A stretch of 64,000 nt of DNA from Eledone cirrhosa (Eukaryota), in NCBI GenBank assembly GCA_964016885.1, contig OZ024743.1, positions 80,228,001-80,292,000 of the forward strand. Reading direction: 5' to 3'. Within the stretch, counting starts at the first letter, position 1. Each line of letters opens with the position of its first letter. Below, in pieces: positions 21,394-33,300 of the stretch. The translations under genes were made by a program, and so were the position numbers. The notes below the pieces were generated by a model. That model was given only the letters and a program-made list of their open reading frames with translations, had not been told where the DNA came from and searched no databases.

Positions 21394-24300
21394 TTATGTA
21401 GAGGTTGTAGTAGTAGTTGTTGTCACTGTAGTTGGTGTAGAGGTTGTAGTAGTAGTTGTTGTCACTGTAGTTGGTGTAGAGGTAGTAGTTGCTGTTGTTG
21501 TCACTGTAGTTGGTGTAGAGGTTGTAGTTGTTGTTGTTGTCACTGTAGTTGGTGTAGAGGTTGTAGTAGTAGTTGTTGTCACTGTAGTTGGTGTAGAGGT
21601 TGTAGTAGTTGTTGTTGTCACTGTAGTTGGTGTAGAGGTTGTAGTAGTAGTTGTTGTCACTGTAGTTGGTGTAGAGGTAGTAGTTGCTGTTGTTGTCACT
21701 GTAGTTGGTGTAGAGGTTGTAGTTGTTGTTGTTGTCACTGTAGTTGGTGTAGAGGATGTAGTAGTTGTTGTTGTCACTGTAGTTGGTGTAGAGGTTGTAG
21801 TAGTAGTTGTTGTCACTGTAGTTGGTGTAGAGGTAGTAGTTGCTGTTGTTGTCACTGTAGTTGGTGTAGAGGTTGTAGTTGTTGTTGTTGACACTGTAGT
21901 TGGTGTAGAGATTGTAGTTGTTGTTGTTGTCACTGTAGTTGGTGTAGAGGTTGTAGTAGCAGTAGTTGTTGTCAATGTAGAGGTTGTAGTAGTTGTTGTT
22001 GTCACTGTAGTTGGTGTAGAGGTTGTAGTAGTTGTTGTTGTCACTGTAGTTGGTGTAGAGGTTGTAGTAGTTGTTGTTGTCACTGTAGTTGGTGTAGAGG
22101 TTGTAGTAGTAGTTGTTGTCACTGTAGTTGGTGTAGAGGTTGTAGTAGTAGTTGTTGTTGTCACGGTAGTTGGTGTAGAGGTTGTAGTAGTAGTTGTTGT
22201 CACTGTAGTTGGTGTAGAGGTTGTAGTAGTAGTTGTTGTCACTGTAGTTGGTGTAGAGGTTGTAGTAGTTGTTGTTGTCACTGTAGAGGTTGTAGTAGTT
22301 GTTGTTGTCACTGTAGTTGGTGTAGAGGTTGTAGTAGTAGTTGTTGTCACTGTAGTTGGTGTAGAGGTTGTATTAGTTGTTGTTGTCACTGTAGTTGGTG
22401 TAGAGGTTATAGTAGTAGTTGTTGTCACTGTAGTTGGTGTAGAGGTTGTAGTAGTAGTTGTTGTCACTGTAGTTGGTGTAGAGGTTGTAGTAGTTGTTGT
22501 TGTCACTGTAGTTGGTGTAGAGGTTGTAGTTGTTGTTGTTGTCACTGTAGTTGGTGTAGGGGTTGTAGTAGTAGTTGTTGTCACTGTAGTTGGTGTAGAG
22601 GTTGTAGTAGTTGTTGTTGTGACTGTAGTTGGTGTAAAGGTTGTAGTAGTAGTTGTTGTCACTGTAGTTGGTGTAGAGGTTGTAGTAGTTGTTGTTGTCA
22701 CTGTAGTTGGTGTAGGGGTTGTAGTTGTTGTTGTTGTCACTGTAGTTGGTGTAGAGGTTGTAGTTGTTGTTGTTGTCACTGTAGTTGGTGTAGAGGTTGT
22801 AGTAGTAGTTGTTGTCACTGTAGTTGGTGTAGAGGTTGTAGTAGTTGTTGTTGTCACTGTAGTGGGTGTAGAGGTTGTAGTAGTAGTTGTTGTCACTGTA
22901 GTTGGTGTAGAGGTTGTAGTAGTTGTTGTTGTCACTGTAGAGGTTGTAGTAGTTGTTGTTGTCACTGTAGTTGGTGTGGAGGTTGTAGTAGTTGTCACTG
23001 TAGTTGGTGTAGAGGATGTAGTAGTAGTTGTTGTCACTGTAGTTGGTCTAGAGGTAGTAGTAGTTGTTGTTGTCACTGCAGTTGGTGTAGAGTTTGTAGT
23101 AGTAGTTGTTGTCACTGTAGTTGGTGTAGAGGTAGTAGTAGTTGTTGTTGTCACTGTAATTGGTGTAGAGGTTGTAGTAGTAGTTGTTGTCACTGTAGTT
23201 GGTGTAGAGGTTGTAGTAGTAGTTGTTGTTGTCACTGTAGTTGGTGTAGAGGTTGTAGTAGTAGTTGTTGTCAATTTAGTTGGTGGAAAGGTTGTAGTAG
23301 TAGTTGTTGTTGTCACTGTAGTTGGTGTAGAGGTTGTAGTAGTTGTTGTTGTCACTGTAGTTGGTGTAGAGGTTGTAGTTGTAGTTGTTGTCACTGTAGT
23401 TTGTGTAGAGGTTGTAGTAGTAGTTGTTGTCACTGTAGTTGGTGTAGAGGTTGTAGTAGTAGTTGTTGTCACTGTAGTTGGTGTAGAGGTTGTAGTTGTA
23501 GTTGTTGTCACTGTAGTTTGTGTGGAGGTTGTAGTAGTTGTTGTCACTGTAGTTGGTGTAGAGTTAGTAGTTGCTGTTGTTGTCACTGTAGTTGGTGTAG
23601 AGGTTGTAGTAGTAGTAGTTGTTGTCACTGTAGTTGGTGTAGAGTTAGTAGTTGCTGTTGTTGTCACTGTAGTTGGTGTAGAGGTTGTAGTAGTAGTAGT
23701 TGTTGCCACTGTAGTTGGTGTAGAGTTAGTAGTAGTTGTTGTTGTCACTGTAGTTGGTGTAGAGTTAGTAGTAGTTGTTGTTGTCACTGTAGTTGGTGTA
23801 GAGTTAGTAGTTGCTGTTGTTGTCACTGTAGTTGGTGTAGAGGTAGTAGTAGTTGTTGTTGTCACTGTAGTTGGTGTAGAGTTAGTAGTAGTTGTTGTTG
23901 TCACTGTAGTTGGTGTAGAGTTAGTAGTTGCTGTTGTTGTCACTGTAGTTGGTGTAGAGGATGTAGTAGTAGTTGTTGTTGTCACTGTAGTTGGTGTAGA
24001 GGTTGTAGTAGTAGTTGTTGTTGTCACTGTAGTTGGTGTAGAGGTTGTAGTAGTAGTTGTTGTCACTGTAGTTGGTGCAGAGGTTGTAGTAGTTGTTGTT
24101 GTTCTCACTGTAGTTGGTGTAGAGGTTGTAGTAGTTGTTGTTGTGACTGTAGTTGGTGTAGAAGTTGTAGTAGTTGTTGTTGTTGTCACTGTAGTTGGTG
24201 TAGAGGTTGTAGTAGTAGTTGTTGTCACTGTAGTTGGTGTAGAGGATGTAGTAGTAGTTGTTGTTGTCACTGTAGTTGGTGTAGAGGATGTAGTAGTAGT

Positions 24301-27300
24301 TGTTGTTGTCACTGTAGTTGGTGTAGAGGATGTAGTAGTAGTTGATGTTGTCACTGTAGTTGGTGTAGAGGTTGTAGTAGTAGTTGTTGTCACTGTAGTT
24401 GGTGTAGAGGTTGTAGTTGTTGTTGTTGTCCCTGTAGTTGGTGAAGAGGTTGTAGTAGTAGTTGTTGTTGTCACTGTAGTTGGTGTAGAGGTAGTAGTAG
24501 TTGTTGTCACTGTAGTTGGTGTAGAGGTTGTAGTAGTTGTTGTTGTCACTGTAGTTGGTGTAGAGGTTGTAGTAGTAGTTGTTGTTGTTACTGTAGTTGG
24601 TGTAGAGGTTGTAGTAGTAGTTTTTGTCACTGTAGTTGGTGTAGAGGTAGTAGTAGTTGTTGTCACTGTAGTTGGTGTAGAGGTTGTAGTAGTAGTTGTT
24701 GTTGTTACTGTAGTTGGTGTAGGGGTTGTAGTAGTAGTTGTTGTCACTGTAGTTGGTGTAGAGGTAGTAGTAGTTGTTGTCACTGTAGTTGGTGTAGAGG
24801 TTGTAGTAGTTGTTGTTGTTGTCACTGTAGTTGGTGTAGAGGTTGTAGTTGTTGTTGTTGTCACTGTAGTTGGTGTAGGGGTTGTAGTTGTAGTTGTTGT
24901 CACTGTAGTTGGTGTAGAGGTTGTAGTAGTAGTTGTTGTCACTGTAGTTGGTGTAGAGGTTGTAGTAGTAGTTGTTGTCACTGTAGTTGGTGTAGAGGTT
25001 GTAGTAGTAGTTGTTGTTGTTACTGTAGTTGGTGTAGAGGTTGTAGTAGTAGTTGTTGTCACTGTAGTTGGTGTAGAGGTTGTAGTAGTAGTTGTTGTTG
25101 TTACTGTAGTTGGTGTAGAGGTTGTAGTCGTAGTTGTTGTCACTGTAGTTGGTGTAGAGGTAGTAGTTGTTGTTGTTGTCCCTGTAGTTGGTGTAGAGGT
25201 TGTAGTAGTAGTTGTTGTCATTGTAGTTGGTGTAGAGGTTGTAGTTGTTGTTGTTGTCCCTGTAGTTGGTGTAGAGGTTGTAGTAGTAGTTGTTGTCACT
25301 GTAGTTGGTGTAGAGGTTGTAGTAGTAGTTGTTGTCACTGTAGCTGGTGTAGAGGTTGTAGTAGTAGTTGTTGTCACTGTAGTTGGTGTAGAGGTTGTAG
25401 TAGTAGTTGTTGTCACTGTAGTTGGTGTAGAGGTTGTAGTAGTAGTTGTTGTCACTGTAGTTGGTGTAGAGGTTGTAGTAGTAGTTGTTGTTGTTACTGT
25501 AGTTGGTGTAGAGGTTGTAGTAGTAGTTGTTGTCACTGTAGTTGGTGTAGAGGTTGTAGTTGTAGTTGTTGTCACTGTAGTTGGTGTAGAGGTTTTAGTA
25601 GTAGTTGTTGTCACTGTAGTTGGTGTAGAGGTTGTAGTAGTAGTTGTTGTTGTTACTGTAGTTGGTGTAGAGGTTGTAGTAGTAGTTGTTGTCACTGTAG
25701 TTGGTGTAGAGGTTGTAGTTGTTGTTGTTGACCCTGTAGTTGGTGTAGAGGTTGTAGTAGTTGTTGTTGTCACTGTAGTTGGTGTAGAGGTTGTAGTAGT
25801 AGTTGTTGTCACTGTAGTTGGTGTAGAGGTTGTAGTTGTAGTTGTTGTCACTGTAGTTGGTGTAGAGGTTGTAGTAGTAGTTGGTGTTGTTACTGTAGTT
25901 GGTGTAGAGGTTGTAGTAGTAGTTGTTGTCACTGTAGTTGGTGTAGAGGTTGTAGTAGTTGTTGTTGTCACTGTAGTTGGTGTAGAGGTTGTAGTAGTAG
26001 TTGTTGTCACTGTAGTTGGTGTAGAGGTTGTAGTTGTAGTTGTTGTCACTCTAGTTGGTGTAGAGGTTGTAGTAGTTGTTGTTGTCACTGTAGTTGGTGT
26101 AGAGGATGTAGTAGTAGTTGTTGTTGTCACTGTAGTTGGTGTAGAGAGTGTAGTAGTAGTTGTTGTCATTGTAGTTGGTGTAGAGGTTGTAGTAGTTGTT
26201 GTTGTCACTGTAGTTGGTGTAGAGGTTGTAGTTGTTGTTGTTGTCCCTGTAGTTGGTGTAGAGGTTGTAGTAGTAGTTGTTGTCACTGTAGTTGGTGTAG
26301 ATTTTGTAGTAGTAGTTGTTGTCACTGTAGTTGGTGTAGAGGTTGTAGTTGTTGTTGTTGTCACTGTAGTTGGTATAGAGGTAGTAGTAGTTTTTGTCAC
26401 TGTAGTTGGTGTAGAGATTGTAGTAGTAGTTGTTGTCACTGTAGTTGGTGTAGAGGTTGTAGTAGTTGTTGTTTTTGTCACTGTAGTTGGTGTAGAGGTA
26501 GGAGTAGTAGTTGTTGTCACTGTAGTTGTTGTAGAGGTTGTAGTAGTAGTTGTTGTCACTGTAGCTGGTGTAGAGGTTGTAGTAGTAGTTATTGTCACTG
26601 TAGTTGGTGTAGAGTTTGTAGTAGTAGCTGTTGTCACTGTAGTTGGTGTAGAGGTTGTAGTAGTAGTTGTTGTCCCTGTAGTTGGTATAGAGGTTTTAGT
26701 AGTTGTTGTTGTCACTGTAGTTGGTGTAGAGGTAGTAGTAGTAGTTGTTGTCACTGTAGTTGTTGTAGAGGTTGTAGTAGTAGTTGTTGTCACTGTAGTT
26801 GGTGTAGAGGTTGTAGTAGTTGTTGTTGTTGTCACTGTAGTTGGTGTAGAGGTTGTAGTAGTAGTTGTTGTCACTGTAGTTGGTGTAGAGGTTGTAGTAG
26901 TAGTTGTTGTCACTGTAGTTGGTGTAGAGGTTGTAGTTGTTGTTGTTGTCACTGTAGTTGGTGTAGAGGTTGTAGTTGCTGTTGTTGTCACTGTAGTTGG
27001 TGTACAGGTTGTAGTTGTTGTTGTTGTCACTGTAGTTGGTGTAGAGGTTGTAGTAGTTGTTGTTGTCACTGTAGTTGGTGTAGAGGTTGTAGTACTGGTT
27101 GTTGTCACTGTAGTTGGTGTAGAGGTTGTAGTTGTTGTTGTTGTCACTGTAGTTGGTGTAGAGGTTGTAGTAGTAGTTGGTGTAGAGGTTGTAGTAGTAG
27201 TTGTTGTCACTGTAGTTGGTGTAGAGGTTGTAGTAGTAGTTGTTGTCACTGTAGTTGGTGTAGAGGTAGTAGTTGCTGTTGTTGTCACTGTAGTTGGTGT

Positions 27301-30300
27301 AGAGGTTGTAGTTGTTGTTGTTGTCACTGTAGTTGGTGTAGAGGTTGTAGTAGTAGTTGTTGTCACTGTAGTTGGTGTAGAGGTTGTAGTAGTTGTTGTT
27401 GTCACTGTAGTTGGTGTAGAGGTTGTAGTAGTAGTTGTTGTCACTGTAGTTGGTGTAGAGGTAGTAGTTGCTGTTGTTGTCACTGTAGTTGGTGTAGAGG
27501 TTGTAGTAGTAGTTGTTGTCACTGTAGTTGGTGTAGAGGTTGTAGTAGTTGTTGTTGTCACTGTAGTTGGTGTAGAGGTTGTAGTAGTAGTTGTTGTCAC
27601 TGTAGTTGGTGTAGAGGTTGTAGTAGTAGTTGTTGTCACTGTAGTTGGTGTAGAGGTTGTATTAGTTGTTGTTGTCACTTTAGTTGGTGTAGAGGTTATA
27701 GTAGTAGTTGTTGTCACTGTAGTTGGTGTAGAGGTTGTAGTAGTAGTTGTTGTCACTGTAGTTGGTGTAGAGGTTGTAGTAGTTGTTGTTGTCACTGTAG
27801 TTGGTGTAGAGGTTGTAGTTGTTGTTGTTGTCACTGTAGTTGGTGTAGGGGTTGTAGTAGTAGTTGTTGTCACTGTAGTTGGTGTAGAGGTTGTAGTAGT
27901 TGTTGTTGTCACTGTAGTTGGTGTAAAGGTTGTAGTAGTAGTTGTTGTCACTGTAGTTGGTGTAGAGGTTGTAGTAGTTGATGTTGTCACTGTAGTTGGT
28001 GTAGAGGTTGTAGTTGTTGTTGTTGTCACTGTAGTTGGTGTAGAGGTTGTAGTTGTTGTTGTTGTCACTGTAGTTGGTGTAGAGGTTGTAGTAGTAGTTG
28101 TTGTCACTGTAGTTGGTGTAGAGATTGTAGTAGTTGTTGTTGTCACTGTAGTTGGTGTAGAGGTTGTAGTAGTTGTTGTTGTCACTGTAGAGATTGTAGT
28201 AGTTGTTGTTGTCACTGTAGTTGGTGTGGAGGTTGTAGTAGTTGTCACTGTAGTTGGTGTAGAGGATGTAGTAGTAGTTGTTGTCACTGTAGTTGGTCTA
28301 GAGGTAGTAGTAGTTGTTGTTGTCACTGTAGTTGGTGTAGAGTTTGTAGTAGTAGTTGTTGTCACTGTAGTTGGTGTAGAGGTAGTAGTAGTTGTTGTTG
28401 TCACTGTAGTTGGTGTAGAGGTTGTAGTAGTAGTTGTTGTCACTGTAGTTGGTGTAGAAGTTGTAGTAGTAGTTGTTGTTGTCACTGTAGTTGGTGTAGA
28501 GGTTGTAGTAGTAGTTGTTGTCAATTTAGTTGGTGGAAAGGTTGTAGTAGTAGTTGTTGTTGTCACTGTAGTTGGTCTAGAGGTTGTAGTAGTTGTTGTT
28601 GTCACTGTAGTTGGTGTAGAGGTTGTAGTTGTAGTTGTTGTCACTGTAGTTTGTGTAGAGGTTGTAGTAGTAGTTGTTGTCACTGTAGTTGGTGTAGAGG
28701 TTGTAGTAGTAGTTGTTGTCACTGTAGTTGGTGTAGAGGTTGTAGTTGTAGTTGTTGTCACTGTAGTTTGTGTAGAGGTTGTAGTAGTTGTTGTTGTCAC
28801 TGTAGTTGGTGTAGAGGATGAAGTAGTAGTTGTTGTTGTCACTGTAGTTGGTGTAGAGGTTGTAGTAGTTGTTGTTGTCACTGTAGTTGGTGTAGAGGTT
28901 GTAGTAGTAGTTGTTGTCACTGTAGTTGGTGTAGAGGTTGTAGTTGTTGTTGTTGTCACTGTAGTTGGTGTAGAGGTTGTAGTAGTAGTTGGTGTAGAGG
29001 TTGTAGTAGTAGTTGTTGTCACTGTAGTTGGTGTAGAGGTTGTAGTAGTAGTTGTTGTCACTGTAGTTGGTGTAGAGGTAGTAGTTGCTGTTGTTGTCAC
29101 TGTAGTTGGTGTAGAGGTTGTAATTGTTGTTGTTGTCACTGTAGTTGGTGTAGTGGTTGTAGTAGTAGTTGTTGTCACTGTAGTTGGTGTAGAGGTTGTA
29201 GTAGTTGTTGTTGTCACTGTAGTTGGTGTAGAGGTTGTAGTAGTAGTTGTTGTCACTGTAGTTGGTGTAGAGGTAGTAGTTGCTGTTGTTGTCACTGTAG
29301 TTGGTGTAGAGGTTGTAGTTGTTGTTGTTGTCACTGTAGTTGGTGTAGAGGTTGTAGTAGTTGTTGTTGTCACTGTAGTTGGTGTAGAGGTTGTAGTAGT
29401 AGTTGTTGTCACTGTAGTTGGTGTAGAGGTAGTAGTTGCTGTTGTTGTCACTGTAGTTGGTGTAGAGGTTGTAGTTGTTGTTGTTGTCACTGTAGTTGGT
29501 GTAGAGGTTGTAGTTGTTGTTGTTGTCACTGTAGTTGTTGTAGAGGTTGTAGTAGCAGTAGTTGTTGTCACTGTAGAGGTTGTAGTAGTTGTTGTTGTCA
29601 CTGTAGTTGGTGTAGAGGTTGTAGTAGTTGTTGTTGTCACTGTAGTAGGTGTAGAGGTTGTATTAGTTGTTCTTGTCACTGTAGTTGGTGTAGAGGTTGT
29701 AGTAGTAGTTGTTGTCACTGTAGTTGGTGTAGAGGTTGTAGTAGTAGTTGTTGTCACTGTAGTTGGTGTAGAGGTTGTAGTAGTTGTTGTTGTCACTGTA
29801 GTTAGTGTAGAGGTTGTAGTTGTTGTTGTTGTCACTGTAGTTGGTGTAGAGGTTGTAGTAGTAGTTGTCACTGTAGTTGGTGTAGAGGTTGTAGTAGTTG
29901 TTGTTGTCACTGTAGTTGGTGTAGAGGTTGTAGTAGTTGTTGTTGTCACTGTAGTTGGTGTAGAGGTTGTAGTAGTTGTTGTTGTCACTGTAGTTGGTGT
30001 AGAGGTTGTAGTTGTTGTTGTTGTCACTGTAGTTGGTGTAGAGGTTGTAGTTGTTGTTGTTGTCACTGTAGTTGGTGTAGAGGATGTAGTAGTAGTTGTT
30101 GTCACTGTAGTTGGTGTAGAGGTTGTAGTAGTTGTTGTTGTCACTGTAGTGTGTGTAGAGGTTGTAGTAGTAGTTGTTGTCACTGTAGTTGGTGTAGAGG
30201 TTGTAGTAGTTGTTGTTGTCACTGTAGAGGTTGTAGTAGTTGTTGTTGTCACTGTAGTTGGTGTAGAGGTTGTAGTAGTTGTCACTGTAGTTGGTGTAGA

Positions 30301-33300
30301 GGATGTAGTAGTAGTTGTTGTCTCTGTAGTTGGTCTAGAGGTAGTAGTAGTTGTTGTTGTCACTGTAGTTGGTGTAGAGGTTGTAGTAGTAGTTGTTGTC
30401 ACTGTAGTTGGTGTAGAGGTAGTAGTAGTTGTTGTTGTCACTGTAGTTGGTGTAGAGGTTGTAGTAGTAGTTGTTGTCACTGTAGTTGGTGTAGAGGTTG
30501 TAGTAGTAGTTGTTGTCACTGTAGTTGGTGTAGAGGTTGTAGTAGTAGTTGTTGTCACTGTAGTTGGTGTAGAGGTTGTAGTTGTAGTTGTTGTCACTGT
30601 AGTTTGTGTAGAGGTTGTAGTAGTTGTTGTTGTCACTGTAGTTGGTGTAGAGGATGAAGTAGTAGTTGTTGTTGTCACTGTAGTTGGTGTAGAGGTTGTA
30701 GTAGTTGTTGTCAATTTAGTTGGTGTAAAGGTTGTAGTAGTAGTTGTTGTTGTCACTGTAGTTGGTGTAGAGTTTGTAGTAGTTGTTGTTGTCACTGTAG
30801 TTGGTGTAGAGGTTGTAGTTGTAGTTGTTGTCACTGTAGTTTGTGTAGAGGTTGTAGTAGTAGTTGTTGTTGTCACTGTAGTTGGTGTAGAGGTTGTAGT
30901 AGTAGTTGTTGTCACTGTAGTTGGTGTAGAGGTAGTAGTAGTTGTTGTTGTCACTGTAGTTGGTGTAGAGCTTGTAGTAGTAGTGTTTTTCACTGTAGTT
31001 GGTGTAGAGGTTGTAGTAGTAGTTGTTGTTGTCACTGTAGTTGGTGTAGAGGTTGTAGTAGTAGTTGTTGTCAATTTAGTTGGTGGAAAGGTTGTAGTCG
31101 TAGTTGTTGTTGTCACTGTAGTTGGTGTAGAGGTTGTAGTAGTTGTTGTTGTCACTGTAGTTGGTGTAGAGGTTGTAGTTGTAGTTGTTGTCACTGTAGT
31201 TTGTGTAGAGGTTGTAGTAGTAGTTGTTGTCACTGTAGTTGGTGTAGAGGTTGTAGTAGTAGTTGTTGTCACTGTAGTTGGTGTAGAGGTTGTAGTTGTA
31301 GTTGTTGTCACTGTAGTTTGTGTAGAGGTTGTAGTAGTTGTTGTTGTCACTGTAGTTGGTGTAGAGGATGAAGTAGTAGTTGTTGTTGTCACTGTAGTTG
31401 GTGTAGAGGTTGTAGTAGTTGTTGTTGTCACTGTAGTTGGTGTAGAGGTTGTAGTAGTAGTTGTTGTCACTGTAGTTGGTGTAGAGGTTGTAGTAGTAGT
31501 TGTTGTCACTGTAGTTGGTGTAGATTTTGTTATAGTAGTTGTTGTCACTGTAGTTGGTGTAGAGGTTGTAGTTGTTGTTGTTGTCACTGTAGTTGGTATA
31601 GAGGTAGTAGTAGTTGTTGTCACTGTAGTTGGTGTAGAGATTGTAGTAGTAGTTGTTGTCACTGTAGTTGGTGTAGAGGTTGTAGTAGTTGTTGTTGTCA
31701 CTGTAGTTGGTGTAGAGGTTGTAGTAGTAGTTGTTGTCACTGTAGTTGGTGTAGAGGTAGTAGTTGCTGTTGTTGTCACTGTAGTTGGTGGAGAAGTTGT
31801 AGTTGTTGTTGTTGTCACTGTAGTTGGTGTAGAGGTTGTAGTAGTAGTTGTTGTCACTGTAGTTGGTGTAGAGGTTGTAGTAGTTGTTGTTGTCACTGTA
31901 GTTGGTGTAGAGGTTGTAGTAGTAGTTGTTGTCACTGTAGTTGGTGTAGAGGTAGTAGTTGCTGTTGTTGTCACTGTAGTTGGTGTAGAGGTTGTAGTTG
32001 TTGTTGTTGTCACTGTAGTTGGTGTAGAGGTTGTAGTAGTTGTTGTTGTCACTGTAGTTGGTGTAGAGGTTGTAGTAGTAATTGTTGTCACTGTAGTTGG
32101 TGTAGAGGTAGTAGTTGCTGTTGTTGTCACTGTAGTTGGTGTAGAGGTTGTAGTTGTTGTTGTCACTGTAGTTGGTGTAGAGGTTGTAGTAGTAGTTGTT
32201 GTCACTGTAGTTGGTGTAGAGGTTGTAGTAGTTGTTGTTGTCACTGTAGTTGGTGTAGAGGTTGTAGTAGTAGTTGTTGTTGTCACTGTAGTTGGTGTAG
32301 AGGTTGTAGTAGTAGTTGTTGTCACTGTAGTTGGTGTAGAGGTTGTAGTAGTTGTTGTTGTCACTGTAGTGTGTGTAGAGGTTGTAGTAGTAGTTGTTGT
32401 CACTGTAGTTGGTGTAGAGGTTGTAGTAGTTGTTGTTGTCACTGTAGAGGTTGTAGTAGTTGTTGTTGTCACTGTAGTTGGTGTAGAGGTTGTAGTAGTT
32501 GTCACTGTAGTTGGTGTAGAGGATGTAGTAGTAGTTGTTGTCTCTGTAGTTGGTCTAGAGGTAGTAGTAGTTGTTGTTGTCACTGTAGTTGGTGTAGAGG
32601 TTGTAGTAGTAGTTGTTGTCACTGTAGTTGGTGTAGAGGTAGTAGTAGTTGTTGTTGTCACTGTAGTTGGTGTAGAGGTTGTAGTAGTAGTTGTTGTCAC
32701 TGTAGTTGGTGTAGAGGTTGTAGTAGTAGTTGTTGTCACTGTAGTTGGTGTAGAGGTTGTAGTTGTAGTTGTTGTCACTGTAGTTTGTGTAGAGGTTGTA
32801 GTAGTTGTTGTTGTCACTGTAGTTGGTGTAGAGGATGAAGTAGTAGTTGTTGTTGTCACTGTAGTTGGTGTAGAGGTTGTAGTAGTTGTTGTCAATTTAG
32901 TTGGTGTAAAGGTTGTAGTAGTAGTTGTTGTTGTCACTGTAGTTGGTGTAGAGGTTGTAGTAGTTGTTGTTGTCACTGTAGTTGGTGTAGAGGTTGTAGT
33001 TGTAGTTGTTATCACTGTAGTTTGTGTAGAGGTTGTAGTAGTAGTTGTTGTTGTCACTGTAGTTGGTGTAGAGTTTGTAGTAGTAGTTGTTGTCACTGTA
33101 GTTGGTGTAGAGGTAGTAGTAGTTGTTGTTGTCACTGTAGTTGGTGTAGAGGTTGTAGTAGTAGTTGTTGTCACTGTAGTTGGTGTAGAGGTTGTAGTAG
33201 TAGTTGTTGTTGTCACTGTAGTTGGTGTAGAGGTTGTAGTAGTAGTTGTTGTCAATTTAGTTGGTGGAAATGTTGTAGTAGTAGTTGTTGTTGTCACTGT

